The notes under the pieces were generated by a model, which ran no database searches, was not told the DNA's origin, and saw only the letters and a list, made by a program, of their open reading frames with translations. Below, in pieces: positions 36,531-49,059 of a stretch of DNA of 64,000 nucleotides. Both the position numbers and the translations under genes were made by a program. Source of the DNA: Podarcis vaucheri. Taxonomy: Eukaryota. The stretch lies in NCBI GenBank assembly GCA_965113315.1, contig OZ220382.1; one strand, 5' to 3'. Numbering within the stretch: position 1 is the first letter of the stretch; every line of letters begins with the position of its first letter.

Positions 36531-36731
36531 CCACAGCTTGGAGAAATCTAAATGTGCAGGAGACTGCCTCCCTGGACTTTGTCAGAGAGCAATGCTGAAA
36601 AGCTACAGACAGCTTTAGATATGAATGCTTCATACAGCTTTAGCCGCTGCTGTTCAAGGCAGGGTGTAGTTCTCTGGGATTATGTAATAGATTTTTAACT
36701 AACCCCCCACCTAAAAAAATAAAAGTGGGTG

Positions 36732-36756
36732 GTGTGTGTGTGTGTGTGTGTGTGTG
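36732..36756. repeat. (GT)12 microsatellite
   Basis: Direct reading. Confidence 0.95.
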
Positions 36757-36904
36757 ATCTGAATAACTGTGACTCATTCTTTATAATTGAGTGTAGAACT
36801 TGCATTATAATACCTAGAAATGAGATTAATGGCTAAGCATTCACTATTTTAATTGTAATTGGGCTGGATGGCTGTGCTTTCTCCCTCATCCCACCCCCAT
36901 GCAT

Positions 36905-36958
<54 letters not shown>
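36905..36958. repeat. Compound (TC)12(AC)15 microsatellite
   Basis: Direct reading. Confidence 0.97.
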
Positions 36959-36960
<2 letters not shown>

Positions 36961-37286
36961 TTCAACTCTCTGTTTCTCCCTGCATACCCACATGCCCTTC
37001 ATTTTCCTGGAAGTGCAACATAATTATTCTTCAAATTTGCCCAGTGGGCTGCTTTTAACTACTCCTGCCCCTAGGGGAAGCAGTAGTCTCAAAACTTGAG
37101 AGAACCTGCTTATTGGTCCAGGCCCAGGGGATGAGATTTACCTGTTACAACTATGTACAAGTTGCTACACAATTTCCGTAGAAAGAATTATTGCATTGCT
37201 TGCGTGATAAACTATATGTGTTTTAGGTTCTTATTCCATCCTAAGTGAGTGGTGCCCAGTGCAACCCACCCCCAGCTACGCTGTCT

Positions 37287-37395
37287 CACATGACCCAGAA
37301 AGCTGTCTGTGGATAAACACTGGCTCCTCTGCCTGAAGTGAGATGAGTGCTACACCCCATAGTCGTCTTATGCTGGACTTAACTGTCCTTTACCT
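37287..37395 (+). mobile_element. Sauria SINE 3' fragment
   Basis: CACATGACCCAGAAAGCT...GTGAGATGAG...CACCCCATAGTC...CTGGACTTAACT...CCTTTACC matches the 3' end of the 13932 copy. Confidence 0.8.
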
Positions 37396-39294
37396 ATTCA
37401 TTGTGACCCTATGTGAAGTCAGCTGGCTTTTAATGTACTTCAGATTGCATGTTAGTGGCTGTCTGCTTTGTCATGCAAATTCTGGGACCAATTTCAAACT
37501 GTTAACTGATTTCCACACCTCGCACACTGACATTAACCTTAGGCACGGAACTATGTTAGCAATGCTTCTAAGTGCGCATTTGTCATACTGAAAAAATGTA
37601 CAGTTCTGGAAAATGTTTCCCTTATCTGTCTGTCTTTGAAAGGCACTTGGTTGTGAATAAGCGGGAAAGATTTACTGAAGAAAGTACCAAGCTTTTTGGA
37701 TCCTTAGGTTGGTAGTTCATACCTACTTTCCTGGATGATCAGTGTTGATCTGTAGCAGCAATACTTTGATTTGTATTGCGGTGATTACAGTGAAAATTTG
37801 TGGGCTATGGACTTCCAGTTTGCCACAGATCGCATGCAACAACCTTTCTGGATGATGGTCCCTTTGCCCACCTGGCCCTCTTTTCAAACTCAACTTTAAT
37901 TTATTTCATACTTACACTTACTAGACACCTTATTTAAAAAAAATGTGTAGACATCATACAATAGATTCTAAACATGACAGTTATACAATAAAAATCAACA
38001 ACAGGATAAAAGTGAGGTTAAGACTATCAATGGCTAATGACCACAGTAGTTATGTTCTGCTTCCACTGTCAGAGGCAGTATACCTCTGAATACCAGTTGC
38101 TAAAATTTGCAAGTGGGAAGAGTTGCTGTTGCACTCAGCTCCTATTTGTGGGCTCCTCATAAACATCGGGCTTGACCCCCATGAGTATGGGATACCAGAC
38201 TAGATGGGCTGATGGGATTGTCCAGCAGGGCTCTGGATAAAACCCTGCACAAAGCTTCCAATTAGAAAGCAGAGATAGGGAGATGGTTTGAGATGTTTTT
38301 CTTTTCTATATATTTCCTTTCCGGGGACACTCTTCTAGATCTCTCTCAGAATGGAAACCATATCTTTGGCATGAATATGTATGCTTCAGTCATATGTAAA
38401 TTACAGAATAATCTTAGATGCCATGATAATCTTTGATCAGTTGGTAATTGTTATAGTTAAAATTCTTGACCCATGTGTTTAATTCGCATGAGTTCTCACT
38501 ATAGGTATATTAAGCAGCAGGCTGGCTGGTGGCGACTAGAGGGCTTGAGAGGCATTATTTCCCCATTCTTAAACTCCGTAGCTCTTAAGCGCCTCTCGGC
38601 TTGTGAATAAGGAGAATCTCAAAGTGTACCTATGAAGAACTCCTGGCTGTATTCTGGTCAGGCATTTCAATGTGGAAAAACAGTTCAAGGTAAGGGAACT
38701 GTACATTTTTCCAAAAAGGAAAGGATATTGGTGACCTTTCCAATGTTTATGATACTATCTGAGGAAATTTCATATTAGTAGAACTTGGCTGTACCTCAGT
38801 AGTTGCTTGCTACCAGTGGTAAGTGATTTTGCAGGCTTCATTTGACTGATCACTATTCATCTTTGAAAAATTACAATTCACTGACAATTTGTGAAATTGC
38901 AAAACCTGCCACCCCATAAATCTCGTGCATTTGGGTTCATTTTGTTTGTATCTGAAGTCTAGGCTACAAAGCACAAATAATCCTGATGGAGCCAATACGT
39001 GGGCCTGTGGAGATTATATGTAGCCTTTCCAGATGAAATCTGTTAAGCCCCAGCATTGACTGCTTTTAAAAAGAAGATCCGGAAACCTGTAGCTTTCAGT
39101 TGTTTTTGGACTCCAGTTCCCTTCGGCCCCAGCCAGCTTGGTCATTGATACTGGTAGCAAAGAAGTGGGTGATAGGAGCTGTAGACTGGCAACAATTGGA
39201 GGGTCATAGGTTCCTTATACCTGTAGTTTTATGAATTGTTTGTTGCTTTTGCAGCTTGTTGAAATTTTTGGCTTGTCATTCAAATGATTATTAT

Positions 39295-39485
39295 TATGGG
39301 GAGCGCGTCACTTCCGGGTTTCGCTGCTTGCACATGCGCAGACGCTCAAAATGACATCACGCGCATGCACAGAAGCGGCAAAAAGCGACGTGTGCATGCC
39401 CAGATGTGCCCTTGCTAGTTACGATTGCTTCTAGATGCAAATGGGGCTCCGGAATGGATCCCGTTCGTATCTAGAGGTACCACTG
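39295..39485. mobile_element. Tigger-like MITE fragment (one TIR)
   Basis: Ends GAGGTACCACTG|TA like the 48785 element; GCGCATGC-rich interior like the 15211 element. Confidence 0.7.
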
Positions 39486-39854
39486 TAATCATCATTCCCT
39501 CTGAAACAGGTGTGGTGGTCTCAGGCCATGGTGCATAATGCAGCCCTCAGGGCTTCTCTTTCTGGCCTTCAGAACTATCCCCAGACCAGACTGTTCACTG
39601 GTTCTGCTCTGACAGAACAGCAGCCCTCAGGTGCAGTTGCCTGGATAGAATGTGTCCTTGAATTGTGGTGATGGGGCTTGCCTGGGTGGAGCGGGGTATG
39701 TGGAGATGCTTGTTTATAGAAAGCTCTGAATTCTTTGTGGCTGTAATGTAGCCCATTATACAAAGCTGCATTGCATCCATTACTCTGCCCACTGAGTCAT
39801 GCCCACCACTATCATGCAGCTCTGGAAGGTTTCCCAGCCCTGTTGCAAAAAATA

Positions 39855-40476
39855 CAGGGTGATTCATAATGAGGCATACAGTTTAAACACACTATAAAAA
39901 AGAAGAATGTAATATATCTTATGTTACCTGCAGGAGAATGTTTAATGTTTTTTTTAGAAACAGTCACAGATGTTCTATGTGTGTACCCTTTGTCACATGG
40001 CACACATCAAACCGGTAATCCACTTCTACCCAAAAGCAACTCACCCTACATGTTGATTTTCCCGGGCTTCATTGAATGGCGGTGCAAACACTATTGACGA
40101 CTTCTTCTGATATACACGGTCGTCCAGGACTTCTAAGTTTGCACAAACAGCCCATAGTTTCAAATCTTTTATGCCAATCATAGATACATTTTCTGCTTGG
40201 AGGTTTTTTTTCCAAATTGCGATCTAAACTGCACAACAGTTACAGATTCCGTTTTGCTCAATTCAAGAACACAAAACGCCTTCTCCATTGCAGACACAGC
40301 CATTTTGCCTGGCTTGTCACATGATACGTGCACTATCGCCTGCGTCATTTCCCTCAGTAGCGGAACACAAACTTTATTAGTACATATGCCTCACGGTTCG
40401 CAGTTGTGGTCCATGTCATTGCCTTTTAGTGTCTTACAACATCTGGAAACTGTATACTTCATTTTGAATCATCCTG
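39855..40476 (-). mobile_element. Internally deleted Tc1/mariner transposon (DUF4817-type HTH transposase remnant)
   Basis: 30-bp TIRs CAGG(G/A)TGATTCA(T/A)AATGA(G/A)G(C/T)ATACAGTTT flanked by TA. Minus strand from 40303 reads MAVSAMEKAFCVLELSKTESVTVVQFRSQFGKK/PPSRKCIYDWHKRFETMGCLCKLRSPGRP, then jumps to the C-terminus WVEVDYRFDVCHVTKGTHIEHL* (stop 39964-39966). Confidence 0.88.
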
Positions 40477-42199
40477 TACTTACCGTATTTCTCTAGTGTT
40501 CACAAATTACATTTGTAGTTCAGTAAAGAAGTTTAAAAAAATTAAAGCCATTTGTTAGAAGGAAACTACTGGTGTGTAATATATGAATGCAGTCAACTCA
40601 TGGCTAGCTACTGTATGGCAGGAGTAGCCAACCTGGTAATACAGTTATCATCCCACTGGCCATTCTGGCTGATGCTAATGAAAATCAGGGTCCACAACAT
40701 CCGGAAGGTACCTTATTGAGCTGGCCAGTTTGTGTTGATAACTACAAACTGAATCTTTGTGTGAAAGCCTTGCCTTACTTGTTCAGGACCTTGAATGTCA
40801 ACTGTTTGGATGCCAGTCAGACCATTGAAATGCCAGGTTAACCTTTCCTGGCCATGCTGTGACCCCTTGTTAATTGAAGCTGTTCAGTGATGGTTTTGCT
40901 GAATTAAACATCTATCCAAAATTAATCCAGTATTGGTTAAAGACAAAACAACAGCCCAGACTACTCCTTTAAAGTGGCCCCAACAACCATAAGGAAAAAT
41001 ATGTCATTGTTAAAGTCTGACAAAATCAATATTAATAAATGGTTGACCCTAGAGTGTCAGTGTTCAGGGCAAACTTCATTAATATAAGAGCAGCCTGGAA
41101 GGTTCCAGCTGGCTTTTACTAGCAGGACCAAATTCTTGGGACAGCTATATAATAGATGTAGCATATCTCATAAATGGAAAACTAAACGCCAATAAAAATA
41201 ACAACTATGCTTTCATGCAGCCTTTAATTCCCTTTCTCAAACCATTGTTTTCAGCACTTCCTGTTGATGAACAAGAACCATTATTGCTTAGACTCCAAAA
41301 GGTTCAAAGCTTAATTTACTTGCCTCTGGGCTTAGGGAACAAGTGATTCATCAAACATGTGATTTATCTGAGACTGGGATAGGGTAGAATTTCTCAAGTG
41401 GATAAGCATGATTGAGATTGTGTTCTCTTCACAGCATCCTGATACAAATTTCCATTCAGAAAAGGAACACAAATTTGTAAACCATTTGTAAGAAGATGCT
41501 GTGCTATATGCGTAACATTATCACATGTTATAGATCACAGGAATCTATGTTACAATATTTTGCTTGGTCTGTTTCTTTCAATTTCCTTATCGTTCTGCTT
41601 CAAGGGAGAATTCTAAGTGCAAAAGAAATTTTGCAACACTGTTCTATTTACTGCACTTCAAAAGTAATGAATCTGCAGTTATTACTAGCTGAAGTTAAGG
41701 TTTTATGTCTCCTTTAATAACGATAGTTGGCTAGTAGAACAAACTAGATGCTTCTCATGGAGAAAAAACCAAGAGGAATTGGGTTTTTATTTTTACAGCA
41801 GCTGACAAATTAGCAGCTGACAAATGTGACTTTGCATTTTCCTGTTTATATGAGATATGCAGATTACACTATGATATAGTTCACCCAAACAAATGAAAGA
41901 AGCCAATGTTTAATTACAATGACTTGGACCCCAAATATCTGCAAGAGTGCATTCTCTCCTTTTACAGTCAGCAGAAAAGACTCTTCTTATAGTGCCATCT
42001 CCTTTGGAACGGAGAGGTGATGGCTTGCAAGAGAGCCTCCTCCGTAATGACCCCAAACCTAGAATTCACTCCCATTCACCTGTGTCAGGGGGCAACTTTT
42101 TTTAACCTTAGGCGGTCACCAAGGATGCACCTATTCTTCCTGGCCTTTGCCTTTTGGATTTAACTTCATATCCCTCTATATACTGAAAGCTGTCAGCTT

Positions 42200-42500
42200 C
42201 CAAACGGAAGAGTGATAGGAGCACCACATCATCAGCAGACAGCAGACAATATATCTTTTTATTCTTAATTGTTGGGGCGGGAGATTGTACCTGTGTTAAG
42301 CATGGCATCATGCCATTTATATAAAAGTTAAAGGGGGGCAGTATGCAGCCTTGTTTCACATCTTTTGATGTCTTGAATGCCTCCAACAGGCATCCCCTTA
42401 CACCCACTCTAACTCGGTTTCAGTGCTGCGATATAGTTCACGGAATAATAATAGTCTAAGGTCTATATTAGCATTTGAGAATTTCTCCCACAGTTCTTTG
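42200..42500 (-). mobile_element. Degenerate non-LTR reverse transcriptase fragment (clade uncertain)
   Basis: DVKQGCILPPFNFYIN...CLLSADDVVLL corresponds to the GV.QG..LSP.LF and YADD motifs. Confidence 0.75.
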
Positions 42501-43239
42501 AAGTTTAGCCCTGGTGAGAATTTACCACTAGCACTTGAAACCTAGAATGGCCTATATTCCCATCCTTATATAACAGAAATATGTTTTCACATTCCCATGA
42601 ATTACCATTACAATATGTATTTAGCGGGAAAGTGTGCCTTACTGGGAAGGACTGGATATCCCCTGGTACACTATTAACTAAAATCATATAATGAGAACAA
42701 CCCATAGCCTAATCATTTATGTCAGTGGTTTTGTTTCTAAAGACTGAAGCAGTGAACTTTTAACAGGAAAAAAGTATTGCATGCAGATGACAGTGTTGAC
42801 TGAAGCATGTTCTGCTGACGAGCTGTTTCGTGAACTATTTAGAGGAAAACCACAAAACAACTCTATCAGGGGAAGCTCCTTTCCTTTGTGAATTATTTGA
42901 AAGTCAGACCATTGTTCGTAAACTGAACTAGACCTTATTTCTTTTGCAATGATTAGGATATGTGACATCCTACCTCAGCGCTTGCTTTTCCCATTGTATT
43001 TGCCAGAACTGATCCAGAACTCCTTAGACTTCATTTGGAAAAGGTCTTGTGCGTTCAGCCTGAAGGTGGGGGTGAGGGAAAGATGAATGCCTAGGTTGTA
43101 TAAACATTCACTTTGATGCACAAAAGACGAAAGATGAAATGATAAAGGCATCAGTGACTCATTGGGGAAATCAATACAGGCCAAAACATAGAAATGAAGG
43201 CATGGGAGAAACTATGGAAGACAACAATGAACTTCTTGG

Positions 43240-43620
43240 CTTGTTATACTGTAAAGGAAAAAAATATGTATAGGTGGTACCTAACCCCAAGCAAGATTGT
43301 AAATATGTACAAAAATGGATCCAGAATGTGCTGAGGATGCCAAGAGACAGAGGGGACTTTCATGCACATGTAGTGGTTATGTAAGCAGGCCAAAGAAATT
43401 TGGGAAATTATTTATGTAGAACTGAAATAGATGTTTAGGTGTACATCCCCCCCAAAAAGAGGCCTTCTTACTAGGTACAATAAACAGTGACACCCCCAAT
43501 AAGATACTCTGTCTCTTCCTATACGTGACTACAGCAGCTAGATAAGTGTATGCGCAGAAACCAAGTGATTAGTGCATGCATCAGAAACCAAGCTCATGTA
43601 TTAAATATCGTGGAATGCAT
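43240..43620 (+). mobile_element. L1/Tx1-like ORF2 C-terminal fragment
   Basis: RWYLTPSKIVNMYKNGSRMC*GCQETEGTFMHM*WLC is a decayed L1 CCHC zinc-finger region. Confidence 0.7.
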
Positions 43621-44338
43621 TTGTCTTAACCAGAAAACTTATTTTAAGTAGAGACCCTATCATTTAAGTCAATTGTTTTAATGTTTGCTTTATACTCAGA
43701 GTTCTCTACCATTCAGTTCATTGAAGGGCCAATCCACACATTCGTTTGTCCCATGTTTTCTAGTATTTTGTGTCAATCTATTATCACCTTTCTGAGAAGT
43801 TGGGGGGGGGGTTGTCATGCTGCTTTCCCTGGGGAAACCCACAATTTACTGCTGAATTGAAACAAATGTCAATCCATGGAAAGCCAAAAGAAAAATTTGT
43901 CCCTCTTCTGAACTAAAATAGTTTCTGAAGGGAATTTTGCATGCTTTCCCAATAACTGTGTTGGAGGTGGCCTGCTCCTACCTCATTCCACCACCCCCCC
44001 CCACTACCCCTGCAGGATAATTTTTTCAGTTGTCTCTCCAGCATTGAGCTGTATACTTCTGGTTTTCTCTGTATGCTTATTTTTTATATTCATTTTCCAA
44101 TAGTAGCTTTATTTTCTGTCTTTAATAATGCATATTGAAAGGGTCCTGGTTCCTTTTGTATATGTCAAATGATTGTCCCATTATCCAGTGTTCTAATTCT
44201 CTGGTTTTCTGATCCTTTGACTCTCTGCCACAGACGGTTAGAGCTGAAGGTGGATTATTGAATATATGAAGAATTAATGGGGAAATAGGGGGTTTCAGTG
44301 ACTTTCCCCAAGTAAAATATGAGGCAAAAATCACCAGT

Positions 44339-44936
44339 TTTCAGGGTTCGTTCAGATGCAGGTCAGCAATCAAGACACAGAGACAAGCAGAAAAGTTAGC
44401 TCTTTATTCAAGAAAACGTACAGCACAGAAAGGCTTCTGGACAGGACTGGCCCCTACAACACAATTGCTAGGACTGAAGGTCTTCACTATCTACTTCCCT
44501 CCACGTCTCCTCCTTAGCCAGACATTTCCCAAGCAGCCTTAAATTACGCTTCCCAAGCAGCCTTAAATTACGCTGGTGATGAATCTGTGCTCTTTCTTCT
44601 GCTACAAGCATAGCCCTCCATGTCCTTTGAGACAAGTGGGAAGGAGAGATTAGTACAGTAGGAGCTTGAAGCTCCTGTGATGCTTCTGCAGCTTCTGTCC
44701 CCCTCCTCTGCTGAGTCTGCTGAGTCTGAACTGCTTTCTGCACTTGGCTCTTCTTGCTCACAAAAGCCTGTTGTCTCTTCAGCCTCCAACCATTCCTCCC
44801 TGCCCCTTTGCCCTCTGACCAGTCTTCAGTGTCCTGCCACCACTCCCAGGGCTCTGAGTCTTCCTCCTCTGAGGTTTCCCTAGGTGTTTACCCAGCTGGT
44901 GCCTCTCACCACTCTTCATCCATCCAGTACATGATA
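44339..44936 (-). mobile_element. Solo LTR (probably Gypsy) with an internal 24-bp tandem duplication
   Basis: Decayed termini TTTCA...TGATA (TGTCA...TGACA), 5-bp TSD CCAGT (44334-44338, 44937-44941), minus-strand AATAAA 44403-44408; TTCCCAAGCAGCCTTAAATTACGC x2 at 44526-44573. Confidence 0.75.
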
Positions 44937-45559
44937 CCAGTGGGAACATCCAGCCCCGGACCAAATTGAAAACAGGGCAAAGAGGTATGGACTTACGGGA
45001 AAGTGTGGCTGGGCCCAAATGTTTGTGGAAGTACATCACTAAACCATCAACTGAAATATACATTATCCCAAACTGTATAAATATTTGCAAAATCCTTACA
45101 TACACATACACATATCAATGAATCTTTCTCGTTAAGAATGTTACTAGTCATACCTTCAGAAGTTTTTGATTTTTCACAGCAACACAGCTGCTGTGAAATC
45201 TGCATTATTTTGATATTGCTGTGTTAAAAGGCTTTTATATAATCCTGTTGATTTCCATGACATTTTCTTGGTAAAATCTGTGTGTTTTAACATGTCAAAC
45301 ATTAGTCATTATTTTGAAGCAAAACACTTGCTTCAGGGAATTGAATTTTAAATCGTAATATATGCCTGTTCCTCTTGTCTGCTTCAAGTCTACTTTATGC
45401 TATATATTTTCAAATGGAATGTTATATATTGGACAATTTGGAAATAGCACTTAAATGAGATATTGTAAACTTTTTTCTGATTGCTATCTTAACATGTGAA
45501 TAGACTTCTTGGAGCAGTTATAACTTGCAGAAGAATCATTTGGATCCTAAAACAAGTCA

Positions 45560-45815
45560 TGCAAACAAATATTTCTTTTTTTTTATAAGAGTTACAAGCC
45601 TGGTAGATCAGGAGAATGCTGTGGACATAGTGTATCTTGATTTCTGTAAGACTTTTGACAAAGGTCCCCTAGGATATTCTTGCAGAGAAGATGGTAAAAT
45701 GTGGGCTGGATGAGGTAACTGTTAGGTGAATTTGTAACTGGTTGACTGACCAAACTCAAAGAATGTTCACTAATGGTTCCTCATCATCCTGGAAAAAAGT
45801 GACAGGTGGGGTGAA
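45560..45815 (+). mobile_element. CR1 ORF2 RT fragment
   Basis: RVTSLVDQENAVDIVYLDFCKTFDK is the CR1 VD.VYLDFSKAFD motif. Confidence 0.88.
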
Positions 45816-46097
45816 AATATAGCAATGCGTGGTGTGTGTGTGTCTGTGTAAAACAGAATAAATTTGATTGAGCTGAAGCTTAGTAAAAGTGGGAAGAAAT
45901 TTGACATCTGCCTAATTTCGCATGCAGATATGGGAGTATTGAGGTGTATGTTACACTTTGTCATAGGTAGTTCTAAATGCTGCTTCACAAACTTCTGGTA
46001 TCTTAATAGTTTTGTTTATTTTTAAAGCAATACAATTTGTAATTTCATTTTGGAAGTTTCCACTGAATGGTGTAGTGTGCAAAATATCCATCTAACT

Positions 46098-46302
46098 CAG
46101 AGCTTTCCAGACTTTTCACATTGGTGACACACTTTCTAGACATGCATAATTTCGTGACATGGTAGTTCAGTTTTACTAACAAACCGGAGGTAAAACTAGC
46201 CCCTTTCCAGCCCTGTGATGAATGCAGGGAGTGTTTGGTGACACACCTACACACTGCAGCCACCATGCTAAAGTGTTGTGACACACAGTTTGGAAAGCTC
46301 TG
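46098..46302. mobile_element. hAT (Charlie-like) MITE
   Basis: TIR CAGAGCTTTCCA / TGGAAAGCTCTG; 8-bp TSD atctaact/gtctaact. Confidence 0.85.
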
Positions 46303-48784
46303 GTCTAACTGATTGCCTTCTTTCTTTGAAAGACATGTGTTGGCCAGAAGGATTGAAGTGAATGAAAAGTTGTCAAGTTTTAAATTATTCCTATAGATTA
46401 GTTTTTCACTTGAAATTCACTGACTGTAAGTGGTTGGGAGGGAAAACCATAAAAGAATTATTATTTATTTTGAAGTTAATGAAAGGAACTCCAATGGAAG
46501 CTGCAAAGTTAGCTTTCTAAAAATAGATAATTCTCTTATCTCTCCCTTATATGGTTTCTCTAATGACTACTTGTCTGACCTTCCAAAAGCATCTTCTGAT
46601 CTCATATCCAAAAGATCTCAACAGCTGAAGTAATTCTATGTATTTATTTAAAATCATGAGCTTAAATGTAAAGACCTCATCTCATAAAACATTTACTTTT
46701 AGCCCTGTAATTTTCCATCCTTGCATTGGATTTCTAATTCAGTAGTGGCCCGAGGCTGCAAAAAGTAAACCTCGCTGGGAAAGAGCTGGATGAAGAGTCA
46801 GGGCCACAGATACGCCTTTTTAAAAGCTGACTTGATATTGCTTTAATTGTCGTGGCACCTCCACAGAACGCTTTAACTGTTTAACTCTAACTGTATTCTA
46901 ACTGTAGCTGCCTTAGAACTATATAACTCCTATGGCTTTCTATAGGAATGCCATGACAGGTGAGCTAATCTTAAATTCATAGGGTAGATGAAACAGATAC
47001 ACTGAATTTGCTCCAGGATGTGATGGATTTTTTGATTTTCAAAAAGATGAAATGACACTCTGTTGTAGAAGATATCCATGTGTAAGGTTCCTTCATAAGC
47101 CTTTAAACTTGGGACAAGTTAAAGTATTGCTGCAATGCAGCTGCCTCATAAAGCATATTTAGTATACCTAGTATATTTATGCAATGCTAGGACCTGGCCT
47201 AGTGTCCTGCAACCAATATATCAGAGAGCAGTTGAAATATGTGCATCTTTGTTGGTTGTCCCAGGTAAGTGTTCAGCAAATCCCCTGGAAGTCAACAGAT
47301 TGCCCAGTGATCAACAATTCTTAGTTGCAAAGCTGCATATGTCTTGTTGTCTTCTGAATACATGCCCTCAGAACATGTCATAAAATATAATACAAACAAT
47401 GCAGACAATAACTTGCAGCAAAAGCTTTAATTTTAAGCAGATCTCCTTTTGATTAAAATACGTAATGAACAGGAGATATAATTTTATGCTAAACAATATG
47501 CTCTCTTATAAGCATTTAAATTTATTTTAAATATTATACTTTTAAAAAATCCTGTAGGTTTTTGGAATTGGTCATCTTATTACATATTCACATGTGTAGT
47601 GCTTCTCTTGACCAGTACTGTCTTCTAGCCAGATGGCCCTAGATTAAAGCAAGGAATCTGGTCATAATTTCTTTTTTACACTTTCCTCTGACTGATCCCA
47701 TTCATTTGACCACTGGGGTGGCATTTTGTATTAGATGTAACAATTTTATAGGCTTGGCAAAAATCCACCCTCAGTTTACCATTAACATACCACAAGCCCT
47801 ACCAAGACTAACCAGTCTGTTGATTCATCTCAGCAGAAAAGTTTTCCTGCCCCTTCATTCACGGAAAGCTTCATCCAAATTTCTGCAAACCAAAAAACCC
47901 ACAGACTTTTTGGCTTCCCCTTCTGACTCTGAGCTAACCTTTTGAAAATGGTGCCTCTGGTTTTGCAGTCTGCTGACGCAGTGCTTTGGGGGTTTTACCA
48001 GTCAATGGTAAATTGATAAGTTGCTCTTTCTTGGTGTTCTGTGTTTGATTTAGTACACTGCAACATTGCAAAATGATGTGGAAAAGGTTGTAATGAATAA
48101 AGTCTATTAGAGCCAAAGCATTTTTTGTCCTTTCTGTTTTTTCTATCAACGCACTGTAATTACTTCTCTCTTGGAAAAGGGGGGTGGGTGGGTATCATCA
48201 CGCTGTGCCCTAGTGCTTAAGTGTGCCAATTACAGTGTGCCTGTTACAAGAGTCAAAGAAGCACATTGCTAGTAGCAGTGCTGCTTTCAGACAGTAACAA
48301 AAGGTGGTTTTGTATAGTTTTGTTACCACTATGTTAGAGCCGTCCTGGCAGTTTTGTGTTATAAAGAGTACCTCCAGACTGTCAGTATTTTGTAGGAGGG
48401 ATTCAGACACATAAAGTTGGATTGGCACTATCGCACCTTTATATGCTTGGAGGCCATCCAGCTTATATTGCACAAATTAAATGACAAACCTCTCATACTT
48501 GCTTACTGGGCTCTGAGAAGGCCTCACGAGATCTTGCAAAGGCCTGAAGAGCCACACAGACCACACCTTTGAGGAGACTCCCTATAACCACTGATCAGAT
48601 GGTCATTGGTTACAAGGAGACCCTTTCCTAAACTCCTCTGCAGAAAAAGCAGCTTGTCTTCAAAGTGTTTCCTCCAGTGCTTTAAATAAAACAACTTCCT
48701 CTTGAAAGGAAATGCATAATATTTAAATTGGAACAGTTTTTTCCTTTCAACAGAAAACGGTTGTCATTTCTTCTTTTATTTCTA

Positions 48785-49059
48785 CAGTGGTAACTCGGGT
48801 TAAGAACTTAATTCGGGTTAAGAACTTAACCTAACAGTGTCAGGTTAAGAACAGAGGGCTGTTCTTAACCTGAAACTGTTCTTAACCTGAGGTACCACTA
48901 TAGCTTATGGGGCCTCCTGCTGCCACCGTGCCACCGCTGCACGATTTCTGTTCTCATCCTGAAGCAAAGTTCTTAACCCGAGGTACTATTTCTGGGTTAG
49001 TGGAGTCTGTAACCTGAAGCGTCTGTAACCTGAAGCGTATGTAACCCGAGGTACCACTG
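48785..49059. mobile_element. Tigger/pogo-like MITE
   Basis: TIR CAGTGGTA(A/C)CTCGGGTTA with TA TSD; internal GGTTAAGAAC repeats in both orientations. Confidence 0.85.
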
